From assembly GCF_001194135.2 (NCBI RefSeq), contig NC_068981.1, positions 104,060,613-104,124,612 on the forward strand: a stretch of DNA of 64,000 nt, in the 5' to 3' direction. The translations under genes and the position numbers were made by a program. The DNA comes from Octopus bimaculoides (Eukaryota). The notes below the pieces were generated by a model, which did no database searches, was not told the DNA's origin, and was given only the letters and a program-made list of their open reading frames with translations. This document shows, in pieces, positions 11,981 through 24,623 of this stretch (the stretch's first letter is position 1; each line of letters opens with the position of its first letter).

Positions 11981-12376
11981 TCCTTTATTCTTTTATTTGT
12001 TTCAGTCATTTGACTGTGGCCATGCTAGAGCACCGTCTTTAGTCAAACAAATCAACCCCAGGACTTATTCTTTGTAAGCCTAGTACTTATTCTATCGGTC
12101 TCTTTTGCCAAACTGCTAAGTTACGGGGACGTAAACACACCAGCATTGGTTGTCAAGCGATGGTGGGGGGGACAAACACAGACACACAAACACACATACA
12201 TATATATATACATATATACGATGGGCTTCTTTCAGTTTCCGTCTACCAAATCTACTCACAAGGCTTTGGTCGGCCCGAGGCTATAGTAGAAGACACTTGC
12301 CCAAGGTGCCACACAGTGGGACTGAACCCAGGACCATGTGGTTGGTAAGCAAGCTACTTACCACACAGCCACTCCT
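11981..12376 (-). mobile_element. SINE family 1, full length, tail-to-tail with the previous copy
   Basis: Near-identical reverse complement of 11575-11968. Confidence 0.9.
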
Positions 12377-13046
12377 GCGCATGTGAAATTTTTTCAGCCA
12401 AACTAGGATAGATGCCATATAGACAGTAGGCAAATCTTAGTCTTCCAATCAAAATCAGATATGTTCAAGTTGTTTTACACAATTACTCAAAAGTTATTCC
12501 AATGCATATATCCGGTTTTGAAAGTTAGCTTTTCATATATATATGTGTGTGTATCTGTGTCATTCTCTCTAACCAAGAACAGATTTTCCTTTATGCTCAA
12601 AACTATTTTCTTTTTAAAAAATAAACTTTTGAAATTATCTCCCCCTTTTGTTTCCCAATCAGGAACAATTGCCATTAGGTTTTTGATTACCTTCTATCTA
12701 ACTGTGAGAAAAAAATTTCAATTTATTAAAAATTATCTCACATGTGTTATTCATTACACCAACACCTACTTCATTTACATAATGTAATCATCTAGTATAT
12801 CTAATTCATTCAATAAATTCATTCTTTCCCATTCAACTTTAAGGAAACAGCTTGAAAAATTTGAAGGAAGGAATTCTCTTTAGTTGCTGGAGGAAAAATG
12901 ATAAATTTCAGCACTAATTTAAATGCATATAGAATGTGATGCCAATGAATCGTGATATATCATAATATTGCATGTGTATTGTTGGGGTGAGTATATGTGA
13001 ATATGTATGTGAATGTATATATAAGGTGTGACTATCAAAATACATT

Positions 13047-13473
13047 TCTTTTATTCTTTTACTTGTTTCAGTCATTTGACTGTAGCCTTGCTGGAGCACC
13101 ACCTTAAAGGATTTTAACTGAAGAAATTGACCCCAGGACTTATTCTTTGTCAGCCTAGTACTTATTCTACCAGTTTCTTTTGCTGAACCACTAAGTTATG
13201 TGGGATGTAAACATGCCAACATTGGTTGTCAAGCAATGGTAGGGGGACAAATACAGACATAGAGACATTCACACATACACACACACATATATATTTATAT
13301 ATATGCATATATGACAGGCTTTTTTCAGTTTCCATCTACCAAATCCACTCACAAGCCTTTGGTTAGCCTGAGGTTATAGTAGAAGACACTTGCTCAAAGT
13401 GCCCACACTGTGCGATTGACCCGAGAACCACATGGTTGGGAAGTAAGCTTCTTACCACACAGCCACACCTGCA
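13047..13473 (-). mobile_element. SINE family 1 copy
   Basis: Colinear with 11981-12376 but more diverged. Confidence 0.85.
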
Positions 13474-13858
13474 CCTATTTAAATAAATTCTATTTATAAG
13501 TATGGATGTTTTTTTATGTATAGCCTCATGCAGGTCTCCGGCTTACCAGCTTGAGTCAAACCACCTAACCCATGCCAGCATGGAAAACAGACATTAAATG
13601 AGGATGATGATATATTTATCAATGTGCAAATATGTGTACCTTTGTAAATCTGTGTTGGTGTTCTTTCACCCTTTTACTAGTTTCAATTATTCTACTTTGA
13701 CCATTCTGTGGTAGCACCTTCAAGGCTTTTAGCTGATTGTATTGGCCCTTAATATTTTTTATGCTTATTCATCAGCTTTAATTAAGGACGAAACAATAGT
13801 ACCAATGACATATAAGTGTATGTGTATAAGGATGTATGCATGTATGTGTGTCTGTATG

Positions 13859-13899
<41 letters not shown>

Positions 13900-13959
13900 A
13901 GGTACATATCTATATCTACACTTATGTAAATATATGTGTATATGTTTGTGTGGGTGACT

Positions 13960-14792
13960 GGTAAATTCCACCATGGAAAATTCCACCATGGAAAATTCCA
14001 CCAGGTTAATTTCACCATAGGTAAATTCCGCCACGGTATATTCCACCATAGTAAATTTCATCATAGGTGAAATTATTATTATTATCATTGTTATCATTAT
14101 CAAATCATTATTTAGAAGGGTTCCACAATGCTTTGCATTCATTACTAACATCTGCACATCCAAATTTGTGGAGACTATGCACTGCCCTTAAATCTGAGGA
14201 AGGATTAAGCCAGACAAAAATTGTACATGTTCGGCACAGAGACTCAACAACAACAAAAAAAAAAAGACCTGTCAAATTATTGATGCACGACTGAAGAAGC
14301 TAGTTCAGGAATAGCAAAATGAAAATCCTCTGCAATTTTTAAGAAGTATTGCCCACAATTTGTCTTAAGAAATTTTTTTTTAAATAAATTAAACTTTCTT
14401 ATTTTAACTCTACTTCACAATGTATTCACTGTTATTTTTTATCCTATTGTTATAATAAAATGTGTGTTAAACTTTAATCTTTTCTTTCTTTATCCCAAAT
14501 TGTATTATTTTTGAAATTTTGTGATGAATTTTTCCATAGATTCTTGCTCAAATGGGGGAACATTAAAGTGATCCCATCTCAATTCAAGTTGATTATAACG
14601 ATTATTTTCTATCTCACCTTCAGACTCTCTCTCTCTCTCTCTCTCTCTCAAGACTTGAGAGATATACAAATTAAATAACATAGATATTGACCCATGGTCT
14701 AGAGAAACTGACCACGGTGATTATTAGCAGGTGGAATTTACCATGGTGGAATATACCATGGTAAAATTTATCTAATGGAATTTACGTAGAAC
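13960..14792 (+). mobile_element. Internally deleted Mutator-like (MULE) element with repeat-built ends
   Basis: A left array of about 14-bp GGTAAATTCCACCA units (13960-14065) and an inverted array (14729-14786). The internal remnant 14103-14368 reads NHYLEGFHNALHSLLTSAHPNLWRLCTALKSEE..(fs)..FLRSIAHNLS*, which resembles the MULE transposase C-terminus (NNxxEGxH..HPNIW). Confidence 0.7.
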
Positions 14793-14803
14793 TGTATGTG
14801 TGA

Positions 14804-14845
<42 letters not shown>

Positions 14846-14920
14846 AATATATGAGTATGTGCATATATATGTACATGTATGTATATACCTTCATCCACAT
14901 GTACATATAGATACATAACT

Positions 14921-15275
14921 GGGTACATGATGTGGCAAAAGAACGTGGACAAAAGGGTAAACAAGGTGCAACAAACAAGCAGGCCACATAGAAACATCCC
15001 CTTCATCAGCTGCCACCATTAAAACCCCGGCGTTTCGAAGAATTAAGGCAGTACGCATCATTAAAATGGTTCTTCCCACGAACACAAATTAAATTGTTTT
15101 CGTGGCGGACGGAAAACAAGACAGGAAAACGAAACGGTGAAATAAACGAACAAAAAGGTTGTACAGCCAGACGTGAAGTGTGTATCTATTGAACACTGTG
15201 AGGCACGAACTGGAGGAGCAAAGAAGTACGTGCGAGCTTGAGGAGTCCAAGAACAAAAATGAGCAACGAGAGGTA
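14921..15275. repeat. CpG-retaining interspersed repeat of unknown class (possibly PLE-related)
   Basis: GC/CpG-rich relative to its flanks and bounded by microsatellites. It contains CTGATGA and GAAAC words on the - strand but no clean HHR fold. Confidence 0.45.
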
Positions 15276-15897
15276 GAGAGGGAGAGAGATAGTAGTAGTA
15301 ACAGTGAGAGGGGAAGGACGAGCAGCGAGAGATAGAGAGAGAGAGATAGTAGTGACAGGGAGAGGCAAAGAACAGTAGAGGGAAGAATGAGAGGGGTATG
15401 TGTATGTGTGCATGTGCATGCTTTTGTCTATGTATTTCTGCATGTATTGTGTTTATTACTCCATGCATAACTGAATGAATTTCTTTCTGTAAACTAATTT
15501 AAGATTTAACATGAATTTGAATTCACTCTAAATGAAAATGACTTGAAGTATGTCTTAGTTGAAGAATTTCTCAAGCATCACTTAGTTATTTGTGTTGGAA
15601 TTTTCTATTCGGTTTCATTAGTTTTCCCACCTCCTTCAATCTAAATTTTTGTCAAATGTTATTATATACATACTTTAAAATTTCCTGATACCTGCATACA
15701 TACAATACATACAGACATGCATGCATTCATTCATTCATTCATTCATACATACATACATACATGCATACATACAACACATACAATACATATATGCATGCAT
15801 ACATAAATAGACAGAAAATATTAAAATATCTTTATCATATTTACAAAGCTTTCTGCTAATCACTTTATACAAAAGAAGTATTTTCATTATAAATGTT

Positions 15898-15954
<57 letters not shown>

Positions 15955-16224
15955 GATATATATATAAAGTGACAACATCATCTTCTTCGTTTTCATTTAA
16001 TGTTCACTTTTTCATGCATGGATCAAATAGAAAATTGTTGAAGCAAAGTTTTTATGGTTGTGTTCCTTTCTGTTACTAATTCTCACCTGTTTCCAAGCAA
16101 GGTAATATATTCCCATGGCCAGACATGTTTTTTCATAGAAGACCATGAATAAACAACATTGCTTGTATGACAATGATGTTCATTTACAATGATTATAAGA
16201 TAAGGGTACACACACATCACCATC

Positions 16225-16592
16225 ATCATCATCACCATCATTATCATTTAACGTCTATTTTCCATGGTGGCATGGGTTGGATGGTTTGACAGGAGCTGGT
16301 CAGCAGAAGAGCTGCTTGGGCTCCATGTCTGTTTTGGCATGGTTTCTGTAGTTAGATGCCCTTCCTAATGCCAACCACTTCACAGAGTGTACTGGGTGCT
16401 TTTACACAGCACCAGTATAGGTGACACTGACACGAGTGCTTTTTATGTGGCACCAGCACTCACGAGCCCGCAAGATTAGGAATGCTCAGCTGAAGAGAGG
16501 TGCAAGGGATATGCCTGTACACAAGGATGACAACGTATTTTACTTAGCTTGATGTGTCTTCTCAAGTACAGCAAACTGCCAGCTTCTTCTAA
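16225..16592 (-). mobile_element. RTE LINE 3' end
   Basis: The reverse complement encodes WQFAVLEKTHQAK*, followed by a 3' UTR and a (GAT)n tail. Confidence 0.8.
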
Positions 16593-16685
16593 TCTCTGTC
16601 TACCAGATCCACTCATGAAGCTTTGGTCAACCCAAGGTTATAGTAGAAGATACTTGTGTCTTCTACTAATGGAAGATATGTGTGT

Positions 16686-16721
<36 letters not shown>

Positions 16722-17151
16722 GCAGACAGACAGAGAAGAATAAATACTTTACAATAATAATGAAAATATTTCCCTTGTGTAAGTGATTAGCAGGGAGCTC
16801 AATAAAGTGGTAAAAACAGGTTTAAATGTAACATTTTAAAATGTAGACACTTGAAAATAAATATCAAGCTGGATTGATAATGTATTGTAAAAATACTTTT
16901 TAAAAAACACTACGATGCAAGTTGAAAACTATGGAGTGGAATCAAATGCAAAACCTAAAGCAAAATATGAACATTAGTATTCCTTTTTATTTTGTATATC
17001 AGTATTCAGGTTTTACAGAAATATGGTGATTGAACTAGCTCCATTTTACACAGGTTCTGCAGTAATAAAGCAGTTATTTTTTCAAATGCTATTATTGTTA
17101 GGAGCTACATGTGCAGGCTTGTATTATTAAATCTGCCAATCATCATCGCAG

Positions 17152-17219
17152 AGGTCACATCTGTTGATGGATGGTTGAGGTTTATTAATAAAGATAGGTT
17201 CTTTAATCCTTAAATTTCC
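17152..17219 (-). pseudogene. Possible GIY-YIG endonuclease C-terminal remnant (Penelope-like)
   Basis: GNLRIKEPIFINKPQPSINRCD resembles LxIKEAxxIxxxxPxLNRD. The match is short and degenerate. Confidence 0.3.
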
Positions 17220-17620
17220 AATATTCTATTCTGTAATTTTGATAGATTGTAATATCCTGGTTATTACATTTGCCAAGATTTAAACATTCCTTCTTTGGCA
17301 TCTTCTGGAAGTGCATCAACCCATCCCTAACTCCTGTAGTTTCCAATTCTTCATTTTACAAAACGTTTGGTCTAAAGATGTAGCATAACTTTAGATAGAG
17401 TTTTTATTATTATCTCTCTGATCCATGCAAGCCTAGAAAAGTGAATATTACATGATATTGAAGATGATGGTCGCTTTGTGGTAAGAAACTTGCTTCCCAA
17501 CCACATGATTCTAGGTTCAATCTCACTGTGTGGCATCCTGTGTATCTTCTGCTGTAGCAGCCTTAGGCTGACTAAAGCCTTGTGAGTGGATTTGATGGAC
17601 AGAAACTGAAAGAAGCTTCT

Positions 17621-17660
<40 letters not shown>

Positions 17661-17668
<8 letters not shown>

Positions 17669-18289
17669 ATTTGGGGATGGTCATGTTGCCAGTTTAGCCA
17701 ATAAAAACACACACACTATATATTTGGTGTTAATTTGCTTCAGCTTTATTTTACATTACATTAATCGTATTTCGGCCAGAGTTCTTTCGTCACACTTCTG
17801 TGACCTCATCAGTGGTTCTTTGCTTTCTTCTTTCCTATTTGTGTGTCTTTCCTTACTAACAATCAGCCATGTTGGCATGGGCTGGATGGTTTGACAGGAG
17901 CTGGTCAGCAGAAGAGCTGCTTGGGCTCCATGTCTGTTTTGGCATAGTTTCTATGGTTAGATGTCCTTCCTAATGCCAACCACTTCACAGAGTGTACTGG
18001 GTGTTATTACTGTCCTTTATTTGCATTTGTATTTGTGTACCATTTTTCTGTTTTTCCTTCCTTGTTTATCGTATACATTCGCTGCTTTATTCCAAGGAAT
18101 CTAGTGCTCTTAGCTTAGTTTTTCCTTGGAGCTGGCCAGATTAGAGCAATCTCGAATATAACCAGCCGAAATTGCAAAGATAATCTGGAACTCGACTGAA
18201 GAAACAAAACTCCAGATGATCTGTCCTTGTTTTTTTTTGTATCATCTAACTGTCTGGATGTTTTGCGTTTGTATCCCATGTTGGTATTC

Positions 18290-18292
<3 letters not shown>
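17661..18292 (-). mobile_element. PLE-type non-autonomous repeat carrying an HHR, interrupted by an RTE 3' piece (about 17861-18001)
   Basis: Bounded by (TA)n on both sides and contains the complete HHR at 17776-17815. Confidence 0.6.
17776..17815 (-). ncRNA. Minimal type I hammerhead ribozyme with an intact core
   Basis: The reverse complement reads CCA-CTGATGA-G-GTCACA-gaag-TGTGAC-GAA-AG-aa-CT-C-TGG: 3-bp stem I, 6-bp stem II, 2-bp stem III, CUC cleavage triplet. Confidence 0.7.
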
Positions 18293-18376
<84 letters not shown>

Positions 18377-18765
18377 CACTTGACATTTATAATGAAAATA
18401 CTTTTTGTGTAAAATGATTAGTATAAGGATTCTACAGTGAAGGAAGACCCATCCCTATGTGTTGTGATTCATCTCAGCATTTTGAGTTTAAGGGCCAGAA
18501 TAATAAAAGACCTTTAACCTGTAATCAATAGACACATTTGCCCAATCCAAAGCAAAATCAAAAACATCATTGTTGCTACTGTTACTTCATACCAAAATTC
18601 ATTCCTGGACTCAAATTACATTCACACATCCATTGCATGTAGATGCAACTTCTTTTATTTTTAATCCTTTTTTTAAATTTTTTTTTCGACCCTTTCCTTC
18701 AAACACTCATTAGTTGAAATTGATGGGAGTGACCACCATCATCATCATTATCATTATTATGTGAG

Positions 18766-19225
18766 ACAGCAAGCTGGCAGAATCACTAGCAAGCCAAACA
18801 AAATTGTTTAGCAGCAGTTCATATGTCTTTACATTCTGAGTTTAAATTCTGCTATGGTTGACTTTGCCTTTCATCCTTTTGGGGTTGATGAAATAAGTAC
18901 CAGTTGAGCACTGGGGTTGATGTAATCAACTAGCCCCCTCCCCACAAATTTCAGGCCTTATGCCTATGATAGAAAAGGTAGTCATTATTATTAACTAAGG
19001 CGGTAAGCTGGCAGAGTCATTAGCAAGCTGGGCAAAATGCTCAGCGGCATTTCATTCATCCTTACGTTCTGAGTTCAAATTCCACCAAGGTCAATTCTGC
19101 TTTTCATCTTTCAGGGTTAGTGAATAAGTATCAGTTACACACTGGGGTCAATGTAATCGACTAGCCTCCTCACCCAAAATTTCAGGTCTTGTGCCTATAG
19201 TAGAAAGGATTGTTATTTATTGGTG
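18766..19225 (+). mobile_element. Two head-to-tail SINE family 3 copies
   Basis: Heads gctggcagaatcactagc (18774) and gctggcagagtcattagc (19007), each ending gtagaaagg(a)t + TTA-like tail. Confidence 0.85.
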
Positions 19226-19731
19226 TTGTTGTTGTTATTGATAACAACATACAATGAGCTGCTGACCAACAAGTTGAACAAAACTACACTGTACCAAAAG
19301 ATCACCAACATCACATCTAGCAAGTAAATATCTCAAATAGCATTTGGACAAACATTTGTAACCACATAGGATCGCCACCTCATTAAGACATATTTGAACC
19401 CATAGAAAGATCTATGTCTACTTCCACTCAAAATCTTCAAGCCTGAACCCTTTACCTTTCCTGGAGACATCAACAGCTCAATCATCTCATCCCACCACCA
19501 CCACTACCACCAAATATACACATTTAAACATGATAGATAAACTGTTAACTTCGCACCATCCCTGTTTATATTTCTGTTTCTGCTCTCCTAGCCAGTGACA
19601 TAATTGCCAATTGCATCATTTCTTCCAAACTTTATTCTACTGTTGTAGCTTCATGTACTCAAATAAATTCACCAACTTTTGACCATTATCATAAACAACA
19701 TCTGCTTTCATGTTTGGAAATCCATATATGT

Positions 19732-20005
19732 GTGTAGCCTAATGGTGAGAGATGTTGCACTCATGATTGTGCGATCATGGTTTCGATCCTCAAACTAGCA
19801 GTGTGTTGTGTTCACTTCATTTCACATTGCTCCAGTTCACTCAGCTGTAAGTGGGTATCCATAGCCTTCCAATCAGGGTGGAATGTTGGTCTGCTCACTT
19901 AGCCAGCAGGGTGGCATCATTCAAAGACTAAAGCAATGTGAAGTGCATTGTAACCAGTGGTGTATACATCCAATAATCTGGTTGATACCTTGATACAGTG
20001 ATTGA
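19732..20005 (+). mobile_element. tRNA-derived SINE sharing its central domain with 43660-43988
   Basis: gtagcctaatggt..gtttcgatcc head, with the shared block tttcacattgctccagttcactcagctgta. Confidence 0.6.
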
Positions 20006-20025
20006 TTGATATATATATATATATA

Positions 20026-20310
20026 NNNNNNNNNNNNNNNNNNNNNNNNNNNNNNNNNNNNNNNNNNNNNNNNNNNNNNNNNNNNNNNNNNNNNNNNNNN
20101 NNNNNNNNNNNNNNNNNNNNNNNNNNNNNNNNNNNNNNNNNNNNNNNNNNNNNNNNNNNNNNNNNNNNNNNNNNNNNNNNNNNNNNNNNNNNNNNNNNNN
20201 NNNNNNNNNNNNNNNNNNNNNNNNNNNNNNNNNNNNNNNNNNNNNNNNNNNNNNNNNNNNNNNNNNNNNNNNNNNNNNNNNNNNNNNNNNNNNNNNNNNN
20301 NNNNNNNNNN
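20026..20310. other. Assembly gap (N run)
   Basis: Run of n beginning at a (TA)n repeat. Confidence 1.
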
Positions 20311-21082
20311 AACAGCTGCTATTCATGTATTTAATTTTTTTTTTTCTCTCCAGATATCTCAATAACATTCTTATGTTAGATTTATTTCAAGAGGAGTTAG
20401 ATATAAATTGTTCAATACCATCAACAATCACCTAGATTTGAGATGATTTATCCCAATCTCCTTCTTTCATTCAGTATTATAAAGAATGGATGCATAAATT
20501 ACAACTTCAAGAAAAATGCATTCAGGAAATGGTGGGGTCTATTTGTGCCGTACATACCAGATGCCTTTGTACAATATAAAATCTATCCTATACACAAGAG
20601 AAGCAGCAAAGTGGGAGACAGCCACTAATATTAAACAGTTCTTCAGGGTGACAAGCTGGCAGAATCGTTAGCACACCAAGCAGAATGCTTAGTGGCATTT
20701 CGTCCATCTTAGCATTTCTGTGTTCAAGTTCCACTGAAGTCATCCTTTTGGGGTTGATAAAATAAGTACCTATTGAGGTCTGGGGTCGATGTAAATGACT
20801 TACTCCTCCCCCAACCTTGCTGGCCTTGTGCCAAAATTTGAAACCAATACTGAGCAATTCAAGTCCAAATATTGGTTTCAAATTTTGACACAATGCCAGC
20901 AAGTTCGTGGGAGAGGAGTAAGTTGGTTACATTGACTGATATTTATTTTATTGCCCTCAAAAGGATAAAAGTCCAAATATTTTTTGTAAATGTCTTACAG
21001 AAACATAGCCGTCTGCAGATAACATAGAATATATTATGGAGCTCATTCAGGAAATGGCATGATTTTATTTTCAAGTGTCTTT

Positions 21083-21134
<52 letters not shown>

Positions 21135-21252
21135 TGGGGAACTAAGTGAGAGAAGGGAGTGAAAATGTGATATACATTTACTTATGATAAACTATTTACA
21201 TTCCTCTTTTTCCAACTCCCCCTTCTTCCCCCTTCCCTACTCCCTGTCTCTT

Positions 21253-21550
<298 letters not shown>

Positions 21551-22764
21551 AATAGTTTGCAGGTGGAATGACTAGAAGCTATCTTTTCTTTTTCTTTAGT
21601 TTTCTTTTTGTCTTGTACATGAAGTAGCTTTTCAGTTATTACCATATATTAAAACAATGATGTAGGTAGGGATATTAGGTTTAAGATTTATGACTTGAAA
21701 AGAGTTTTGAAGAGCTATTTTATAGCAGCAATGCAGCTGATTCTATTGGCCATTAATCAAAATAAAGAAGAAGAAAAAAATTAAACAAATAATCTCCTTC
21801 TCTTCATATTGGATAGGAATTTTCATTTTTTAATTATTTTTTTTTCATTTGTTTCCAAGTTAAAGTTTGAAAGAGACAAAGTAACTCCTATTTTATCATC
21901 CTTTTGTTTTGTAATACAATGAAATCAGAATGAACCTATTGTCTATCATTCCCTCTGTATAACATATCCAAACATAAAAAGAAACACAGTAGGTGCCTCT
22001 GTTTTTGACAGTTGGTTTGCTTGATTGATTGATTATCTTGTTTTATATCTCATATATCACTGAGGCTATGAAGTGCAATTTTTATTACCAATAATTATTA
22101 AGCAACACAGTTCGTCATCTTTTATTCTATTATATTTTTTTATTAATTATAATTTTTTTTATCAAGTTATTTTGATATATAAAACAAATCTCCATTCTGT
22201 TCAAATCATAATAGGCCAACTGAGCTACAGTATATTTGAAAAATAAAATCAGTGCATAAAAAAGTGAAATGCAGCACATCAATGCATGTTTTACAAAAAC
22301 AGAAGTTGCACAAGAGAAGAAATCAGCTATATGTATATATAATAAGTAGTTGAGTCCTTGGTTATGGTTGGTCAGAAAGTTTCCATCGGTTTCATGTCTA
22401 CTATTGCACTTGGCAATATAGACAACTCACCAGACTTACTGACCAGAAACACCTAGCTTCTTTACTAATAGAAGCAAAACTAAAATCTTAGTTTGGTGGC
22501 ACAAAAAAAAAAAGACCCTGATACAAAAGACACCCATTCTGTGAACAGAGTTACTACCCCTTGAACAATTACAGGTGTGTTCAGATCAGGGTCAGTTTGT
22601 GTATAATTTTTCATTCTCTAGTCTGCAAACAGGAAAAACCAGTCTCTAAAACTAGTTTTCTATCATGAAGGCACCAACTAAAAATTTCACTTTTTGAATT
22701 CCAGTAAATACCTAGATTATGCAAATTTTTTAGAGATCATTGTCCTCTTTCCCAAGCAAAGTTT

Positions 22765-22811
<47 letters not shown>

Positions 22812-23067
22812 CTCATATATATATATACTCATATATATATATACATATATACACATATATATACATATATATATGTGTGTATAGGTATATATATATATAT
22901 ACATATAAATGGCAGTGCCCCAGCATGGCCACAGCTCATGAGCTGAAACTAGATAAAATGAAAAATGAAATACACACACACACACACACACACACACATA
23001 TGTATATATACATATATATATGTACATGTTATATGCTCAGGAGCAATAAACACTGAAAATGTGCAGA

Positions 23068-23448
23068 GAACAACTTGTGCCACATTCCAAGGAGAAAAAC
23101 TAGAAGTAGTTGACAGCTTCCATTACCTAGGTGACCAAGTCAGTAGCAGGGGAGGGTGCGCTGAAAGAGTAGTTGCTAGAATAAGAATAGCCTGAGCAAA
23201 GTTCAGAGAGCTCTTACCTCTGCTGGTGACAAAGGGCCTCTCGCTCAGAATAAAAGGCAGACTGTATAACACATGTGTACGAACAGCCATGCTACATGGC
23301 AATGAAACATGGGCCGTGACTGCTGAGGACATGCGTAAGCTCGCAAGAAATGAAGCCAGTATGCTCTGATGGATGTGTAATGTCAGTGTGCGTACTCGAC
23401 AGAGTGTAAGTACCTTGAGAGAAAAGTTGGACCTAAGAAGTATCAGAT
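23068..23448 (+). pseudogene. RTE LINE ORF fragment (post-RT region)
   Basis: TFQGEKLEVVDSFHYLGDQVSSRGGCAERVVARIRIA*AKFRELLPLLVTKGLSLRIKGRLYNTCVRTAMLHGNETWAVTAEDMRKLARNEASML*WMCNVSV. Truncated at both ends. Confidence 0.9.
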
Positions 23449-23640
23449 GATGACAGGGTCCAGCCTGTGATACACTGGGACACCTGCCAAGCCAGACCTG
23501 TTCCCCTGACATTTCCAAGCCTTTTTTGCCATTTACTGATTCTGTTTGAGACATTTTAGAGTAAGTTACAAGTGCATTTTTAGGTTTCTGCTAACCAGCC
23601 AATTGAATGATTTTACTAAGATTTGGAGTACAGGAAGTAC

Positions 23641-23820
23641 CTGTGCAGATGAATAATTTTCAGTGGGTGTAGCTTGCACTGCACTACCCCCACCTATTGG
23701 CCCAAGAAGCTCTTGAGTGCTACTGGTAAGATGTAATCCAGTACAACCTGTCCCATGATTGGGTCGTCGGCGACTAAACCCCACCAGGCTTGTTTGGTGA
23801 GGAGGGTGTTGTTGGACACC
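23641..23820 (-). CDS. Candidate 180-nt phase-0 exon (or TE untranslated region)
   Basis: Acceptor tctcatttttcatcccatag, donor CAG|GTACTT. The open frame reads GVQQHPPHQTSLVGFSRRRPNHGTGCTGLHLTSSTQELLGPIGGGSAVQATPTENYSSAQ and contains a CpG cluster. No homology recognised. Confidence 0.25.
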
Positions 23821-23875
23821 CTATGGGATGAAAAATGAGACCTGTCAAAGGGCAGATGAACTCCTGAACAGTCAA

Positions 23876-24530
23876 TTTCTTTATTAACCATGAGGTTGAG
23901 AAAAAGAGGGGACAATACGAGGACAGACAAAACAAATATTGGAGTCAGGGGATTGAATGAGACGAAATGTATGAATAAACAATTAAAATATATACAATTA
24001 AATGAGAATGAGTGATTTACAAAACATGAAGCGGCGGACGCAGTTGACCCCACAAACCACATACTCACACTGAGGACATTGCTTTGTTCTTTTTTTGTTC
24101 TCATTTAGACAGGTTCTTTCACTTGCAACATACTTGCTACAGACTTCCATATTTTATGAAACACATTTTGCGACAGGCATTTCTTCTCCAGCCTTATTTT
24201 CCGTTTCATGTGGAAAACGAAAAAGTCGATTAACCTGAGACTGGAGATGAACATGCCTGTTGCAATTCCTTTCACTCACGTCTTCCATACTACCTCTTTC
24301 GCAACAGCAGCTACTGAGAGAAAACAGGCTCACCCCTCCCTATTCAGGGAGGGCAGTGGAATGGTCTTAGTAACAGATTTGCTCAACAGTTGTACTCTTC
24401 TCGAAAGTGACAGCAGGTGTTTGACATAAGCTCAGAGGTCAGGCACTTTGGGGCATTGCACAATTGCATGCAGGACAGTTTCACTGTCCTGCTTGCATCT
24501 TGCACAAACCGGTGAAGGCACACACCCATC
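23876..24530 (-). mobile_element. L1/Tx1-clade LINE 3' end (C-terminal zinc-binding region + 3' UTR)
   Basis: The reverse complement of 24105-24530 reads PVCARCKQDSETVLHAIVQCPKV..AKEVVWKT..HMKRKIRLEKKCLSQNVFHKIW..* (CxxC..ETxxH..C). AATAAA lies at the 3' end. Confidence 0.7.
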
Positions 24531-24623
24531 ATCCAAACAAAATGTCTGTAAATATGTATATATCTTTTTTCTTTTCTTTTCTTCTTTTAAATGTGTATAT
24601 ATGTATAATTTTACTTTATATAT

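Noticed and set aside
13768-13806. GGACGAAACaataGTA hammerhead 3' half
   Set aside because: The CUGAUGA word is on the opposite strand and there is no GUCC partner, so this is likely chance.
15003-15070. GAAAC...CTGATGA on the minus strand as a type II hammerhead
   Set aside because: Stems II and III can be drawn weakly, but no stem I closes between the triplet and CUGAUGA. The upstream ATGATGC is two changes from the core. A family consensus would be needed.
19928-20368. ORFs spanning N runs (also 24448-25204, 56280-57243)
   Set aside because: They are open only because Ns contain no stops.
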